The position numbers and the translations under genes are program-made. DNA of 64,000 nt from assembly GCA_963792585.1 (NCBI GenBank), contig CAWBWI010000001.1, positions 160,001-224,000 on the forward strand. The letters are read 5' to 3'. Below are positions 1 through 9,607 of the stretch, one piece after another. Numbering within the stretch: position 1 is the stretch's first letter; each line of letters begins with the position of its first letter. The stretch is from Candidatus Eiseniibacteriota bacterium (GTDB lineage Bacteria; Eisenbacteria; RBG-16-71-46; CAIMUX01; VGJL01). Below the pieces are notes generated by a model, which worked only from the letters and a program-made list of their open reading frames with translations, did not search any database and was not told the origin of the DNA.

Positions 1-3000
1 GGATGGCGATCGTCGCCTCGTAGCCGTCCATCTCGGGCATGTGGCAGTCCATCAGGATGGCGTGGTAGGGGATCCGCTTCGCCGCAGCAAGGGCCTCCGC
101 GCCGTTCGCGACCGCCTCGGCCCGGCATCCGAGCCGGGCGAGCAGGTGCAGGGCGACCTTCTGGTTGACCGTGTTGTCCTCGGCCACGAGGACGCGCATC
201 CCCTCGAGCGGCGCCAGTCGATGGCTGGCCTGAGCGCTTTCAGCCGCGGCGCGTCTGTCCTCCGCCGCCGGCCAGCCGAACACGGTCACGAGCGCATTGA
301 GGAGTTGCGACTGGCGGACGGGCTTCGTCGCCCACGCGGCGTAGCCGCGAGCGCGCATCTCGTCGGCCGATCCGGTCCCGCCGGAAGAGGAAAGCAGGAT
401 GAGAGCGGTCGGGGCAAGCGCCGGGTCGTTCTTGATCTCGTGCGCGGTCTGGTCGCCGTCCATCCCCGGCATCTGCATGTCCATCAGGACGACCCGGAAG
501 CGATCCTCCGGCGGCGCCTCACGCAGGACTCGGAGCGCTTCGAAGCCATTGGGGGCCTCTTCGGGTCGCATGCCCCAGGCGGTGAGCTGGGCGCGCAGGA
601 TCCGCCGGTTGGTCACGTGGTCGTCGACGACCAGCGCCCGAACGCCGTCGAGACTCGAGGGATAGCGTCGTTCGGCCCGTAGGCGGGATGCCCGTCGAAG
701 CGGCAGTTCAATCCAGAACTCGCTGCCTTCGCCCGGCGCGCTCTGCAGTCCGATCTTTCCGCCCATCATCTCGCAGAGCTGCTTCGAGATCGTGAGCCCC
801 AAACCGGTCCCGCCGTACTTCCGCGTCGTTCCGTTTTCGGCCTGGGAGAAGCTATCGAAGATGCCGGCCTGCTTGTCCTGCGGGATGCCGATTCCCGTAT
901 CGCGAACCGAGAGATGCACGTCGGCCCCCTCGAGATTCACCCTCACGACGGACGCCTCGAGGATCACCGATCCCTGCTCCGTGAACTTCAGGGCGTTTCC
1001 GAGCAGGTTCGTGAGCACCTGGCGGATCCTTCCCGGATCGCCGCAGTAGAGCAACTGGCCGTCGGCCGGGATGACGCAAATCAGCTCGAGCCCCTTCTCG
1101 CGCGCCACGGGGGAGAGGAGTTCCGTCGTCTCCTCGAGGATCGTCCGCAGGTCGAAGTCGATGTACTCGAGCTTCAGCTTGCCCGCCTCGATCTTCGAGA
1201 AATCGAGGATGTCGTTGATGATGGTCAGGAGCGCCTCGCCGCTGCTGCGGACGCTCTCGACAAAGTCGCGCTGCTCGACGGTCAAGTTCGTGTCGAGGAG
1301 CAACCCCGTCATCCCGATGACTCCGTTCATCGGGGTGCGGATCTCGTGGCTCATGTTCGCCACGAAGTCGGCTTTCGTTCGCGCAGCCGCGGCCGCGGCG
1401 GCGGCCAGATCGTTCGCCCGCACCACCGCCTGCTCCAGTCGCGCATTCGCCTCGGCCAGTGCGCGCATCGAGTGCTCTCGGTCCGTGACGTCGCGGGCGA
1501 TTCCGCAGATTCCGAGGATCTCGCCGTTCTCGTCGCGCAGGGGCGCCTTGACGATGTTGAGCGTCCGAGGTCCGCCCGGCAGGTTCCGGGAGACCTCCTC
1601 CTCGATAACCTCGCCAAGGAGGACCTTTGGATCGACGCTTTCGATGTGCCGGGACAGTTCTTCGTCGAAGATCTCACGGTCGAGGTGGCCAAGGATCTCC
1701 TCGGGACTGCGTCCAATGAGTTTGCACATTGCCGGGTTCACCAGCGTGTACCGCTGGTCCCGGTCCTTGGTGAAGATGGTGTCGGTCGCATTGTTGAGCA
1801 CGGCGCCCAGCTTCGCACCCGAGACGCGAAGCTCCTCCTCGGCCTCACGACGCTCGGTGATGTCGTGAACGATCGAGTAGAGCAGGGATCTGCCGCGAAC
1901 GACGATGGGAACGGTGTGGGTCTCGACGTCCCGGATCGTGCCATCGGCGAGTCGATGCCGGCAATGGGGGCGAGTTTGGGTCATCTCTCCGCCTGCGAGG
2001 ATCTGCTGCTGCACCTCCTCGGGCGACATCACGACAATGTCCTTGATGTTCTTGCTCTGGAGCGCCTCGTGAGGCAATCGATAGAATTCCGACGCGGCCG
2101 CATTCGCCTCCGCGATCGAACCATCCACGGGATCGATCAGCAACATGACCGCGTCGCTGTCCTCGAACATCCCCCTGTACTGGGCTTCCGACTCGGCGAT
2201 CCTCTCCATGACCTCGCGGCGCCGCCGGGCGGCGACGTAGAAGATGGTGAGAAGGGTCCCGAGGAGAATCGTCACCAGGTTCGCTCCGAGTCGGGCCGCC
2301 GCGATCTTGGATGCCCACTCCTGCGCCGACAAGTCCATCCCGAGCACCGCGTCGGCGGCCTCGCCGTCGCCCCCGATCGGCGCCAGCGCGCTGACCCATG
2401 TGCCCCAATCGTCCTGCAGGGGGCCCTCGGTGAATGCCTCGCCGGATGTGAACATCCCGAGAAGGCGCTCGCTGGCGTCCTCATAGGGATCCCCCGGAAG
2501 GGAGAGGTCCGGTGAATCGGGCGGCTCGGAGTCGACGAGAAAGACGACCCGACCGTCGTTCATTCCGAAGATGTAGGTGAAACGGCAATCTGGACTGGCG
2601 TGCGTCACTCGGGTCAACTCGGCTTTGATCCGCTGATACTCGGGCTTCTCGATGACCTCGGATCCGCCGGCAAGCGCTCTCACGCTCGAGCCGTCGAGCG
2701 AAGCGGCCGCTATCCTGGCGCGGAGGAGAAGGCCGGCCCGGAGTTCTCGATCCTTCATCGACTCGGCCGCGAGGGATGCCGCCCAACCTCCCATCAATAC
2801 GATGGCCAATGCGACAACGACCCACCGCTCTCGGTCCGGCCCAGCTTCCGGCGACGAACGCCTGCCCCGCGCGCAGTAGTGGTGCCAGACGCTTGCCGCG
2901 ATCATGACGGCGGCGAGGGCCGCCAACCCCCGGACGCCGGGCCGCATGTAGTCGATCGCGACCGCACCCCCGGTCAGGGTTCCGGCCGGGGGACGTCCTA

Positions 3001-3538
3001 TCATCGAGATCCATAGGTGCGAGACGACGAATAGCCCGATCCCCGAGGCCGCGACAACCAGTGATCGGGGTGGCGGTGCCTGCGACTGCCGCAAACGCAG
3101 GAGCACCCGCGCGGTCCAGAAAGCTCCAGCCAGGCCCAGGCAGATCTCACCCGCGATCTCGAGGACTGCGGGGCCCCGGAGCCATCCCGTGAGACTCAAT
3201 CCAACGAGGGCGTAGAGCGCCCAACGGCCGGGCGCCCGTCCGCCGGCACGGAGGATCCCGATGCGGCCGAATTCGAAGAGGCACGCCATGGATCCGAGGC
3301 AAAGGAGGACGCGAAGCACCATCATGGGCGTGCTGTCGCCCGTGGAAAGTACGACCATCTCGAGCCATTGGGCAATGCCCTGGAGGAAGGCGAAATTCCC
3401 CAGGTGATTCCATGGGACGTGGTCGGCACCCGATCGGGATTGCGCACGGGCCGCGGCAGCCGCGAACAAGAAGGCAAAGCCGCACACAAGAAGGATGAAG
3501 TCGACTTGACCCGTCAGGAAAGCGGCCATCCGCTGCAT
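1..3538 (-). CDS. Hybrid sensor histidine kinase/response regulator (membrane N-term, periplasmic sensor, 2 PAS, HisKA, HATPase, 2 REC); 3' end runs off the window
   Basis: Not in the ORF track; segments translated by hand fall in one frame: MQRMAAFLTGQVDFILLVCG..., H-box KADFVANMSHEIRTPMNG (~1378), REC ILMDCHMPEMDGYEAT (1-60). GGGAGG upstream; start 3538 or 3529. Confidence 0.9.
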   Translation of the reverse strand, partial: MQRMAAFLTGQVDFILLVCGFAFLFAAAAARAQSRSGADHVPWNHLGNFAFLQGIAQWLEMVVLSTGDSTPMMVLRVLLCLGSMACLFEFGRIGILRAGGRAPGRWALYALVGLSLTGWLRGPAVLEIAGEICLGLAGAFWTARVLLRLRQSQAPPPRSLVVAASGIGLFVVSHLWISMIGRPPAGTLTGGAVAIDYMRPGVRGLAALAAVMIAASVWHHYCARGRRSSPEAGPDRERWVVVALAIVLMGGWAASLAAESMKDRELRAGLLLRARIAAASLDGSSVRALAGGSEVIEKPEYQRIKAELTRVTHASPDCRFTYIFGMNDGRVVFLVDSEPPDSPDLSLPGDPYEDASERLLGMFTSGEAFTEGPLQDDWGTWVSALAPIGGDGEAADAVLGMDLSAQEWASKIAAARLGANLVTILLGTLLTIFYVAARRRREVMERIAESEAQYRGMFEDSDAVMLLIDPVDGSIAEANAAASEFYRLPHEALQSKNIKDIVVMSPEEVQQQILAGGEMTQTRPHCRHRLADGTIRDVETHTVPIVVRGRSLLYSIVHDITERREAEEELRVSGAKLGAVLNNATDTIFTKDRDQRYTLVNPAMCKLIGRSPEEILGHLDREIFDEELSRHIESVDPKVLLGEVIEEEVSRNLPGGPRTLNIVKAPLRDENGEILGICGIARDVTDREHSMRALAEANARLEQAVVRANDLAAAAAAAARTKADFVANMSHEIRTPMNGVIGMTGLLLDTNLTVEQRDFVESVRSSGEALLTIINDILDFSKIEAGKLKLEYIDFDLRTILEETTELLSPVAREKGLELICVIPADGQLLYCGDPGRIRQVLTNLLGNALKFTEQGSVILEASVVRVNLEGADVHLSVRDTGIGIPQDKQAGIFDSFSQAENGTTRKYGGTGLGLTISKQLCEMMGGKIGLQSAPGEGSEFWIELPLRRASRLRAERRYPSSLDGVRALVVDDHVTNRRILRAQLTAWGMRPEEAPNGFEALRVLREAPPEDRFRVVLMDMQMPGMDGDQTAHEIKNDPALAPTALILLSSSGGTGSADEMRARGYAAWATKPVRQSQLLNALVTVFGWPAAEDRRAAAESAQASHRLAPLEGMRVLVAEDNTVNQKVALHLLARLGCRAEAVANGAEALAAAKRIPYHAILMDCHMPEMDGYEATIAI

Positions 3539-3677
3539 TTCCTCCCAGTAACCATGGAATTCCGATCCGCTTATGTCTGGCATATCGGAAAGTCCCGTGG
3601 AAACCCTTAGGAGAAAACAGCCCCAGGCGAGGTCGGGGCTGGCACGTATCCCGAGGTCGTGTAACCGGATAGACGGG

Positions 3678-4832
3678 CTACGGACGACGGGGGCAGGGCG
3701 GGAGGTTCAGTTCGCCCGTCGGGTCGGTCGCCTGCGCTTCTGCGCAGTCGAGCGGATCGCAGCAGGTGTGGCAAACACGCTTGAGGGCGCGGAAACCCAT
3801 GAGGCGGATTCTCGCCGTCAGGGAATCTTCACGAGGGTTCTGCTCCCGCAGGAGATCGGTGCTCAAGTACTTCTTGTTGTCGTCCGGGAAGACGGTGGCG
3901 ACAACGGAGTCGTCTCCGCGGTCGTTCTGGATCATCACCGCCCCCAGGAAGTTGGCTCCCGAGGAGATGCCGACGCCCAGGCCCAACTCGGCGGCCAGCC
4001 TTTGGGCCATCAGGATCGCGTCGCCGTCATCGACGCTGACGATTCGATCGAGGCTGGAGAGTTCGACGATCGGGGGGATGAACTCGTCCGAGATCCCTTG
4101 GATTCGGTGCTTGCCGACCTTGCAGCCGGTCGATAGCGTCGGTGAGTTTGCCGGCTCGAGCGGGTGCAGGGCTGCGTCGGCGTGGACCTGTTTCAAGAAC
4201 CTGCCGACCCCCATGATCGTGCCGCCCGTTCCCACCCCCGCTATGAACGCGTCGGGCTTCAAGCCCCGGAAGCGCAGCTGCCACCAGATCTCAGGTCCCG
4301 TCGTGCCCGCGTGCGCTTCGATGTTGTCCACGTTCGAGAACTGCCGGGGGAGGAAAGCCCGATCCACCTGTCCCGCGGTCTCTTCCGCGAGCCGGATGCT
4401 GCCGAGGAATCCTCCATCCTCCTTGGTGACGAGCGTGATGCCTGCGCCCAGGCAGCGGATCAGGTTGATCCGTTCCTGGCTCATCCAGTCGGGCATGAAG
4501 ATCCGCACGGGGTGTCCGAGGGCGCGCCCGATTGCGGCGAATGAAATCCCGGTGTTCCCGCTCGTCGCCTCGACGATCAGATCCCCCGGGCGAAGGGTGC
4601 CGCGCTCGTAGCCCATCCGCATGATGTGCAGGGCCATGCGGTCCTTGATGCTCCCGGTCATGTTGAGATTCTCGGCCTTGGCGTAGATGACGCGGGGCCG
4701 GCCGTCGTACTCGAAGTCGATGGCCAGCAGGGGGGTATTCCCGACCAGGCGGGATAGTCCCTGGAGCCGGGCGTCGAGCGCTTCGTCGATGTTCGGAAGC
4801 GAGGTCGATTCGCGCACGGTTTTGGTCGACAA
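3678..4832 (-). CDS. cysK: PLP-dependent cysteine synthase family protein
   Basis: GNTPL, TGSIKDR (PLP Lys), [25 protein letters not shown] start 7 nt after GGGAGG. Cys-rich C-terminal extension. Confidence 0.85.
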   Translation of the reverse strand: MSTKTVRESTSLPNIDEALDARLQGLSRLVGNTPLLAIDFEYDGRPRVIYAKAENLNMTGSIKDRMALHIMRMGYERGTLRPGDLIVEATSGNTGISFAAIGRALGHPVRIFMPDWMSQERINLIRCLGAGITLVTKEDGGFLGSIRLAEETAGQVDRAFLPRQFSNVDNIEAHAGTTGPEIWWQLRFRGLKPDAFIAGVGTGGTIMGVGRFLKQVHADAALHPLEPANSPTLSTGCKVGKHRIQGISDEFIPPIVELSSLDRIVSVDDGDAILMAQRLAAELGLGVGISSGANFLGAVMIQNDRGDDSVVATVFPDDNKKYLSTDLLREQNPREDSLTARIRLMGFRALKRVCHTCCDPLDCAEAQATDPTGELNLPPCPRRP

Positions 4833-4939
4833 GGAGGAACCTCCCGCGGCCCGCGAAAAGGGTGAGTACCGACGCAACGTCCCGGCCGGTCGGATTCTAT
4901 CCTGCGGATCCGTCCGGGGCCATCCCTTTGCGTGGCAGG

Positions 4940-5965
4940 CTAGGGGGAGGATGCCTCCGGGAGTTCTTCTGTCGAACCCTCGCGATCGGCGCCGAAGTGG
5001 GCATTCACCAGGGGCAGCAGCCGAAGCCATTTGGGGTTGTTCCCCGCGTAGTTCAGCAGGCCGATCTCGATGCCGTGCAGCAGGGGCGCGGTGTTCAAGA
5101 GCGCGATCGATACCCCTCGCAGCTCTTCCCGGTACCGGCAGTAGCCGCCGGCCCCGAATCCGGTGAGGCTCCCGGCGCGGTTGTAGCCGCCGGCGATCAG
5201 CGCGCCCGCCGCCCGGTCCGCTCCAACGCCCAGGCCCCCCACGGCCAAGCCGGTCAGCTCTTCGGCGCCCGCCCCGATGCCGCCGATCGCGACGCCGCGA
5301 ACCGACTTGCCACCGACGCCGATCCCTCCGACTGCGAGTCCGGCGACCGACTCGCCGCCGACGCCGACGCCGCCGAGGAAGATCCCATCGAGCGTTGTCC
5401 CACCCACACCGATGCCACCGATTCCGATGCCCTTCATATCGTCACCGCCGCAGCCGATCCCCCCGACGGCGATCCCGCGGACGATGTCCGAGCCGACGCC
5501 GATGCCGCCGATCGCGACGCCGTGCACGCGGTCGCCTCCGACACCGATGCCGCCGATCGCAACGCCGTCGACGCGGTCGCTTCCGACGCCGATGCCGCCG
5601 ATCGCAACCCCCGCCATCCGGTCGGCGCCGATCCCGACCCCGGCGACGGCGATTCCCCGGATCGAGGCGCCCGCGGCGCCGACGCCCCCCAAGGCAAGCC
5701 CGTCGATGCTCTTTCCGGCGGCTCCGACGATCCCGAGGGAGACGCCGCGCAGGACCCCTTCCGCGTCCTTGTGGGGCGGGCCGAACGTGAGATTCACCCC
5801 TTGGACGATCTCCACGTCGCGGTCCCGGAAGTTGATGCGCACGCCGTTCCACCTGGGTGCGTTGCCGATCGACACGCCCGTGTGCGCGACGCCCAGGTCG
5901 AGCGATCCGTGTGCGGGCGGGGCGCTAAGGCCGAGCGCGATGAGTGCGAGCGCCAGGGATTTCAT
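4940..5965 (-). CDS. Secreted Gly-rich 15-aa repeat protein (LA_2272-like surface repeat, predicted beta-helix)
   Basis: Signal peptide [20 protein letters not shown]; about 12 repeats of [15 protein letters not shown]; ends [10 protein letters not shown]...LLPLVNAHF. Confidence 0.75.
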   Translation of the reverse strand: MKSLALALIALGLSAPPAHGSLDLGVAHTGVSIGNAPRWNGVRINFRDRDVEIVQGVNLTFGPPHKDAEGVLRGVSLGIVGAAGKSIDGLALGGVGAAGASIRGIAVAGVGIGADRMAGVAIGGIGVGSDRVDGVAIGGIGVGGDRVHGVAIGGIGVGSDIVRGIAVGGIGCGGDDMKGIGIGGIGVGGTTLDGIFLGGVGVGGESVAGLAVGGIGVGGKSVRGVAIGGIGAGAEELTGLAVGGLGVGADRAAGALIAGGYNRAGSLTGFGAGGYCRYREELRGVSIALLNTAPLLHGIEIGLLNYAGNNPKWLRLLPLVNAHFGADREGSTEELPEASSP

Positions 5966-6068
5966 CTTGGAACCTCCTCGCAGAAATAGATGCGGCCGAT
6001 CCGGACGCGATTCGTCCCGCCGGGAGGGGCTCGCAGACGGCGTGGGGAACGTCTACCATCCAACGGTT

Positions 6069-9000
6069 ATGCAAGAGGACGATCGCCGCAATCACGATTT
6101 CGATCCCAACCGGACCCTACTTCCGGGAGATCCGACGCAGCAGTTTGCGCAGGAGGACCCGGACGCAACGATGGCTCCTTCTCGAGCTTCATCCCCGGCG
6201 CCCGCGATCCCGGAAAGGCCCACGGACGTCCCCGAGTCGATCGGATCCTATCGGATCCTGGGAGAGCTCGGCCGAGGGGGTATGGGCGTCGTCTATCTGG
6301 CCATCGATCCGAAGCTGGATCGGCGCATCGCCCTGAAGGTTCTTCCGGAACGTTTCGCCGGCGACCCCGTGATCTTCTCCCACTTCCAGCGGGAGGCGAG
6401 GATCCTCGCATCGATGAACCACGCGAACATCGCGACCATCCACTCGCTCGAATCGATGGAGTCGATCCACTTCCTCACGATGGAGATGATCGCGGGGCGG
6501 AGTCTCGCGAGCGCGCTGGCCGGGGGAACGCTGACGGTGGACGAAAGCCTCGCGGTCTGTCGCCAGATCGCGGTCGCGCTGGAGGCGGCGCACCGCAACG
6601 GCGTCATCCACCTCGATCTCAAGCCTCAGAATGTCATGGTGACGCCCGACGGGCTCGTCAAGGTGCTCGACTTCGGGCTGGCGATGGCGCTCGGAATCGA
6701 GACGACCGAGGCCGGGGAGAACCGGATTCGGGCGCGCGCGCAGGATGCCATCAGCGGGACCCCCGGCTACATGAGCCCCGAGCAGATACGCGGCGAGCAG
6801 GTCGACGGCCGGACGGACCTCTTCGCGTTCGGTTGCATCCTCTACGAGTGTCTTGCGGGCCGACCTGCCTTCCCCGGCGCGGATCTCGGCGAGCGATTCC
6901 GGGTCACCCTGGAGGAGGAACCCGACTTCGCAGCGCTCGACACGTCGGTTCCGCCGCGGGTGAAGGATCTCATCGGTCGTTGCCTCTCCAAGACCGTGGC
7001 GGACCGACCCGAGTCCTTGACGGTCGTTCGCCGGACGCTCGAAGAAGAGGTCGCCTTGCGCGCGCTGCCGTCCCTGAGTGCGCGCGCGGAAGCCGTGCCC
7101 AACAACCTCCCCGCGCAACTCACCGGGTTCATCGGGCGCGAGAAGCAGAAGGCAGAACTCGCGACCCTGCTTCGGGAGCACAGGCTGGTCACGCTGACCG
7201 GAGTCGGGGGCGGTGGGAAGACGCGACTGTCGATCGAGGTCGCACGGACCTCGCTGACCGACGGTTCGGACGGTGTCTGGTTCATCGAGCTCGCGTCGCT
7301 TGCATCGGGAGACCTCGTGCCGGGGGCCGTGGCGGCGGTTCTCAAACTCCGCGACGAGGCGGGCGTGAAGCCCGAGACTGCGATCGCGCGCGCGATCGGT
7401 GCGCGGAAGGTAAGCCTGATCCTCGACAACTGCGAGCACCTGCTCGACGAAGTCGCGAGGCTCGCCTCGACGCTGCTCTCCGCCTGTTCGGATCTCCGGA
7501 TCCTCGCCACGAGTCGTGAAGCCCTCGGGGTGGCGGGCGAAGCCGCCTACCATGTCCCGTCGCTCGCCGTGCCACCGACCGAGGCCGGCGTGTCGCTGGA
7601 GGCGCTATCGGCCAATGAGTCGGTACAGCTCTTCGTGGCGCGCGCGTCGGCGGTGAATCCATCGTTCATCGTGGACGAACGCAATGCCGCGTCCGTGGCG
7701 TTGATTTGCAGACGGCTCGACGGCATCCCGCTCGCCCTGGAACTCGCGGCCGCCCGCGTGCGGGTCCTCCCACCCGAAGAGATCGCGAAACGGCTGACCG
7801 ATCGCTTTCGCCTGCTCACCACATCGAGCCGCACGGCCCTTCCGCGCCACCAAACGCTGCGAGCGCTGATCGATTGGAGCTACGACCACCTTACGGAAGC
7901 GGAGCAGGGATTGCTCCGCAGGCTCTCGCTGTTCGCGGGCGGTTGGACCCTGGACGCGGCGGAATCGATCTGTGCCGGGGACGGGATCGAGGACTGGGAG
8001 ATCCTCGATAGCCTCACCTCGCTTGTCGAGAAGTCGCTCGTGGAGAACGACGTGGAGGGCGGCCAGGGAATCGGAAAGCCTCGGTACCGGATGCTGGAGA
8101 CAATCCGCGAATACGCGCAGGCCCGGCTCCTCGAACTCAAGGAGGGGGCGGAGGTCCTCGGCCGCCACCGCGCCTACTTCGTCGAACTGGCCGAAGAACT
8201 CGCCGCCAGGTTGACGGGACCGGAGCAGGCGATATCTCTGCGGCGCCTGGCGGCGGAGCACGAGAACCTGCGCCTGGCCCTCGATATGTGCACAGCGCCG
8301 GGCGTCGATCCGGACCTAGGCTGGAGGCTCGCCGGGGCCCTGGGCCGCTACTGGTACCTCCGGGGTCACTGGAACGAGGGGCGCAGGGAATACGGGCGGC
8401 TGATGGAACTGCCCGACGCGTCGCGTGCGACCCCGGCCGCCGCCAACGGCATCAACTGGGCCGGCAACCTCGCGAAATTGCAGGGCGATCTCGGCCAGGC
8501 ACGGGCATTGCTCGAGGATAGCCTGGCCATCCGGCGGGGGCTCAACGATCCGTCCGGCATCGCGTCCTCTCTGAACAACCTTGGCAATGTCGTGAAGGAC
8601 CAAGGAGATCTCAAGGGGGCGCTCGCCCTTTACGAAGAGAGCCTCGCCTTGCAGCGATCGATCGGGAATCGCCCCGGGGTCGCCGTCGCCTTGAGCAGTC
8701 TGGGCGTTCTCTCCCACATGCGGGGAGATCTCCAGGCCGCACGCTCGTATCACGAAGAGAGCCTGCGCCTGAGACGAGAACTCGGAGATCGATCCAATGT
8801 GGCGGCGTCCTTGAACAACCTCGGCGTGATCGCGGAGGCGCTCGGCGACCCCGAGGCCGCGATCTCGCACCTGGAAGAGAGCGTGGGGATCCTGCGTGAT
8901 ATGGGGGATCGATGGAGCATGGCTGCCGCCTCGAGCAATCTGGGTCGGCTCGCCGAAGCCAAGGGGGACGGCGCGCGCGCCCGCACGTTCTACGAGCGGG

Positions 9001-9434
9001 CCCTGGTCGTTCTCCGCGAACTGGGCGATCGGCGCGGGAGCGCGTTGACGATGAACAATCTCGCCCTCCTCCTCGAGGCAGAGGGGGAGTGGGATGAGGC
9101 CCGGCGGTTCCTGAGAGAGAGCCTCGCGATCTTCCACGAACTCGGGGAATGCAAGCTGACCGTCTCGCTTCTGAACGCCCTCGGCGGCCTCGAGGCCGCG
9201 CAGGACCCGCTCCTCGGCGCCCGGCTCCTATCAGCCGCCGAAGCCTTGCGCGAAGAGCTGGGGGGCGCTCTCCCAGCCGCGGACTTGACCCGCTTTGAAT
9301 TGAGCGTTGCCCGCCTCCGGGAAGAACTGGGAGACGAGCGCCTCGGCTCCGTCTGGAAAGAGGGGCGCGCTCTGGGCCTCGACGGGGCGATAGTCTTGGC
9401 ACTCGAATCCTCCAAGCAAGGGCCGCGTCGATAA
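6069..9434 (+). CDS. Ser/Thr protein kinase fused to a STAND/NB-ARC-like ATPase and TPR repeats
   Basis: LGRGGMGVVY, IHLDLKPQN, DFGLA, GTPGYMSPEQ; Walker A GVGGGGKT, LILDNCEH, GIPLALELAA; TPR repeats (SLNNLG). The track's upstream extension is the antisense of the repeat gene. Confidence 0.9.
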   Translation: MQEDDRRNHDFDPNRTLLPGDPTQQFAQEDPDATMAPSRASSPAPAIPERPTDVPESIGSYRILGELGRGGMGVVYLAIDPKLDRRIALKVLPERFAGDPVIFSHFQREARILASMNHANIATIHSLESMESIHFLTMEMIAGRSLASALAGGTLTVDESLAVCRQIAVALEAAHRNGVIHLDLKPQNVMVTPDGLVKVLDFGLAMALGIETTEAGENRIRARAQDAISGTPGYMSPEQIRGEQVDGRTDLFAFGCILYECLAGRPAFPGADLGERFRVTLEEEPDFAALDTSVPPRVKDLIGRCLSKTVADRPESLTVVRRTLEEEVALRALPSLSARAEAVPNNLPAQLTGFIGREKQKAELATLLREHRLVTLTGVGGGGKTRLSIEVARTSLTDGSDGVWFIELASLASGDLVPGAVAAVLKLRDEAGVKPETAIARAIGARKVSLILDNCEHLLDEVARLASTLLSACSDLRILATSREALGVAGEAAYHVPSLAVPPTEAGVSLEALSANESVQLFVARASAVNPSFIVDERNAASVALICRRLDGIPLALELAAARVRVLPPEEIAKRLTDRFRLLTTSSRTALPRHQTLRALIDWSYDHLTEAEQGLLRRLSLFAGGWTLDAAESICAGDGIEDWEILDSLTSLVEKSLVENDVEGGQGIGKPRYRMLETIREYAQARLLELKEGAEVLGRHRAYFVELAEELAARLTGPEQAISLRRLAAEHENLRLALDMCTAPGVDPDLGWRLAGALGRYWYLRGHWNEGRREYGRLMELPDASRATPAAANGINWAGNLAKLQGDLGQARALLEDSLAIRRGLNDPSGIASSLNNLGNVVKDQGDLKGALALYEESLALQRSIGNRPGVAVALSSLGVLSHMRGDLQAARSYHEESLRLRRELGDRSNVAASLNNLGVIAEALGDPEAAISHLEESVGILRDMGDRWSMAAASSNLGRLAEAKGDGARARTFYERALVVLRELGDRRGSALTMNNLALLLEAEGEWDEARRFLRESLAIFHELGECKLTVSLLNALGGLEAAQDPLLGARLLSAAEALREELGGALPAADLTRFELSVARLREELGDERLGSVWKEGRALGLDGAIVLALESSKQGPRR

Positions 9435-9607
9435 CCTGCAATATAACAATGAGATAAGTGTCGTTTTGACCGGACCGCTGCGCCGCGTGTGACTCCTCAG
9501 ATTAGATTGTGTGCATCATAGGATCAGTTTATGATCATCCGTCCCCGTGGCAACGTCGGCTCCCTTCGCGCGCACGCGCAAACACCGGACTCCGGAGGTC
9601 TGTGCCC

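Noticed and set aside
914..2515. Long + strand ORF (533 aa) and many similar long overlapping ORFs across the window
   Set aside because: Antisense or alternate-frame shadows of real high-GC genes; no motifs of their own.
5277..6068. Pro-rich N-terminal extension of the kinase ORF
   Set aside because: It is mostly the antisense reading of the Gly-rich repeat gene; the kinase plausibly starts at 6069.
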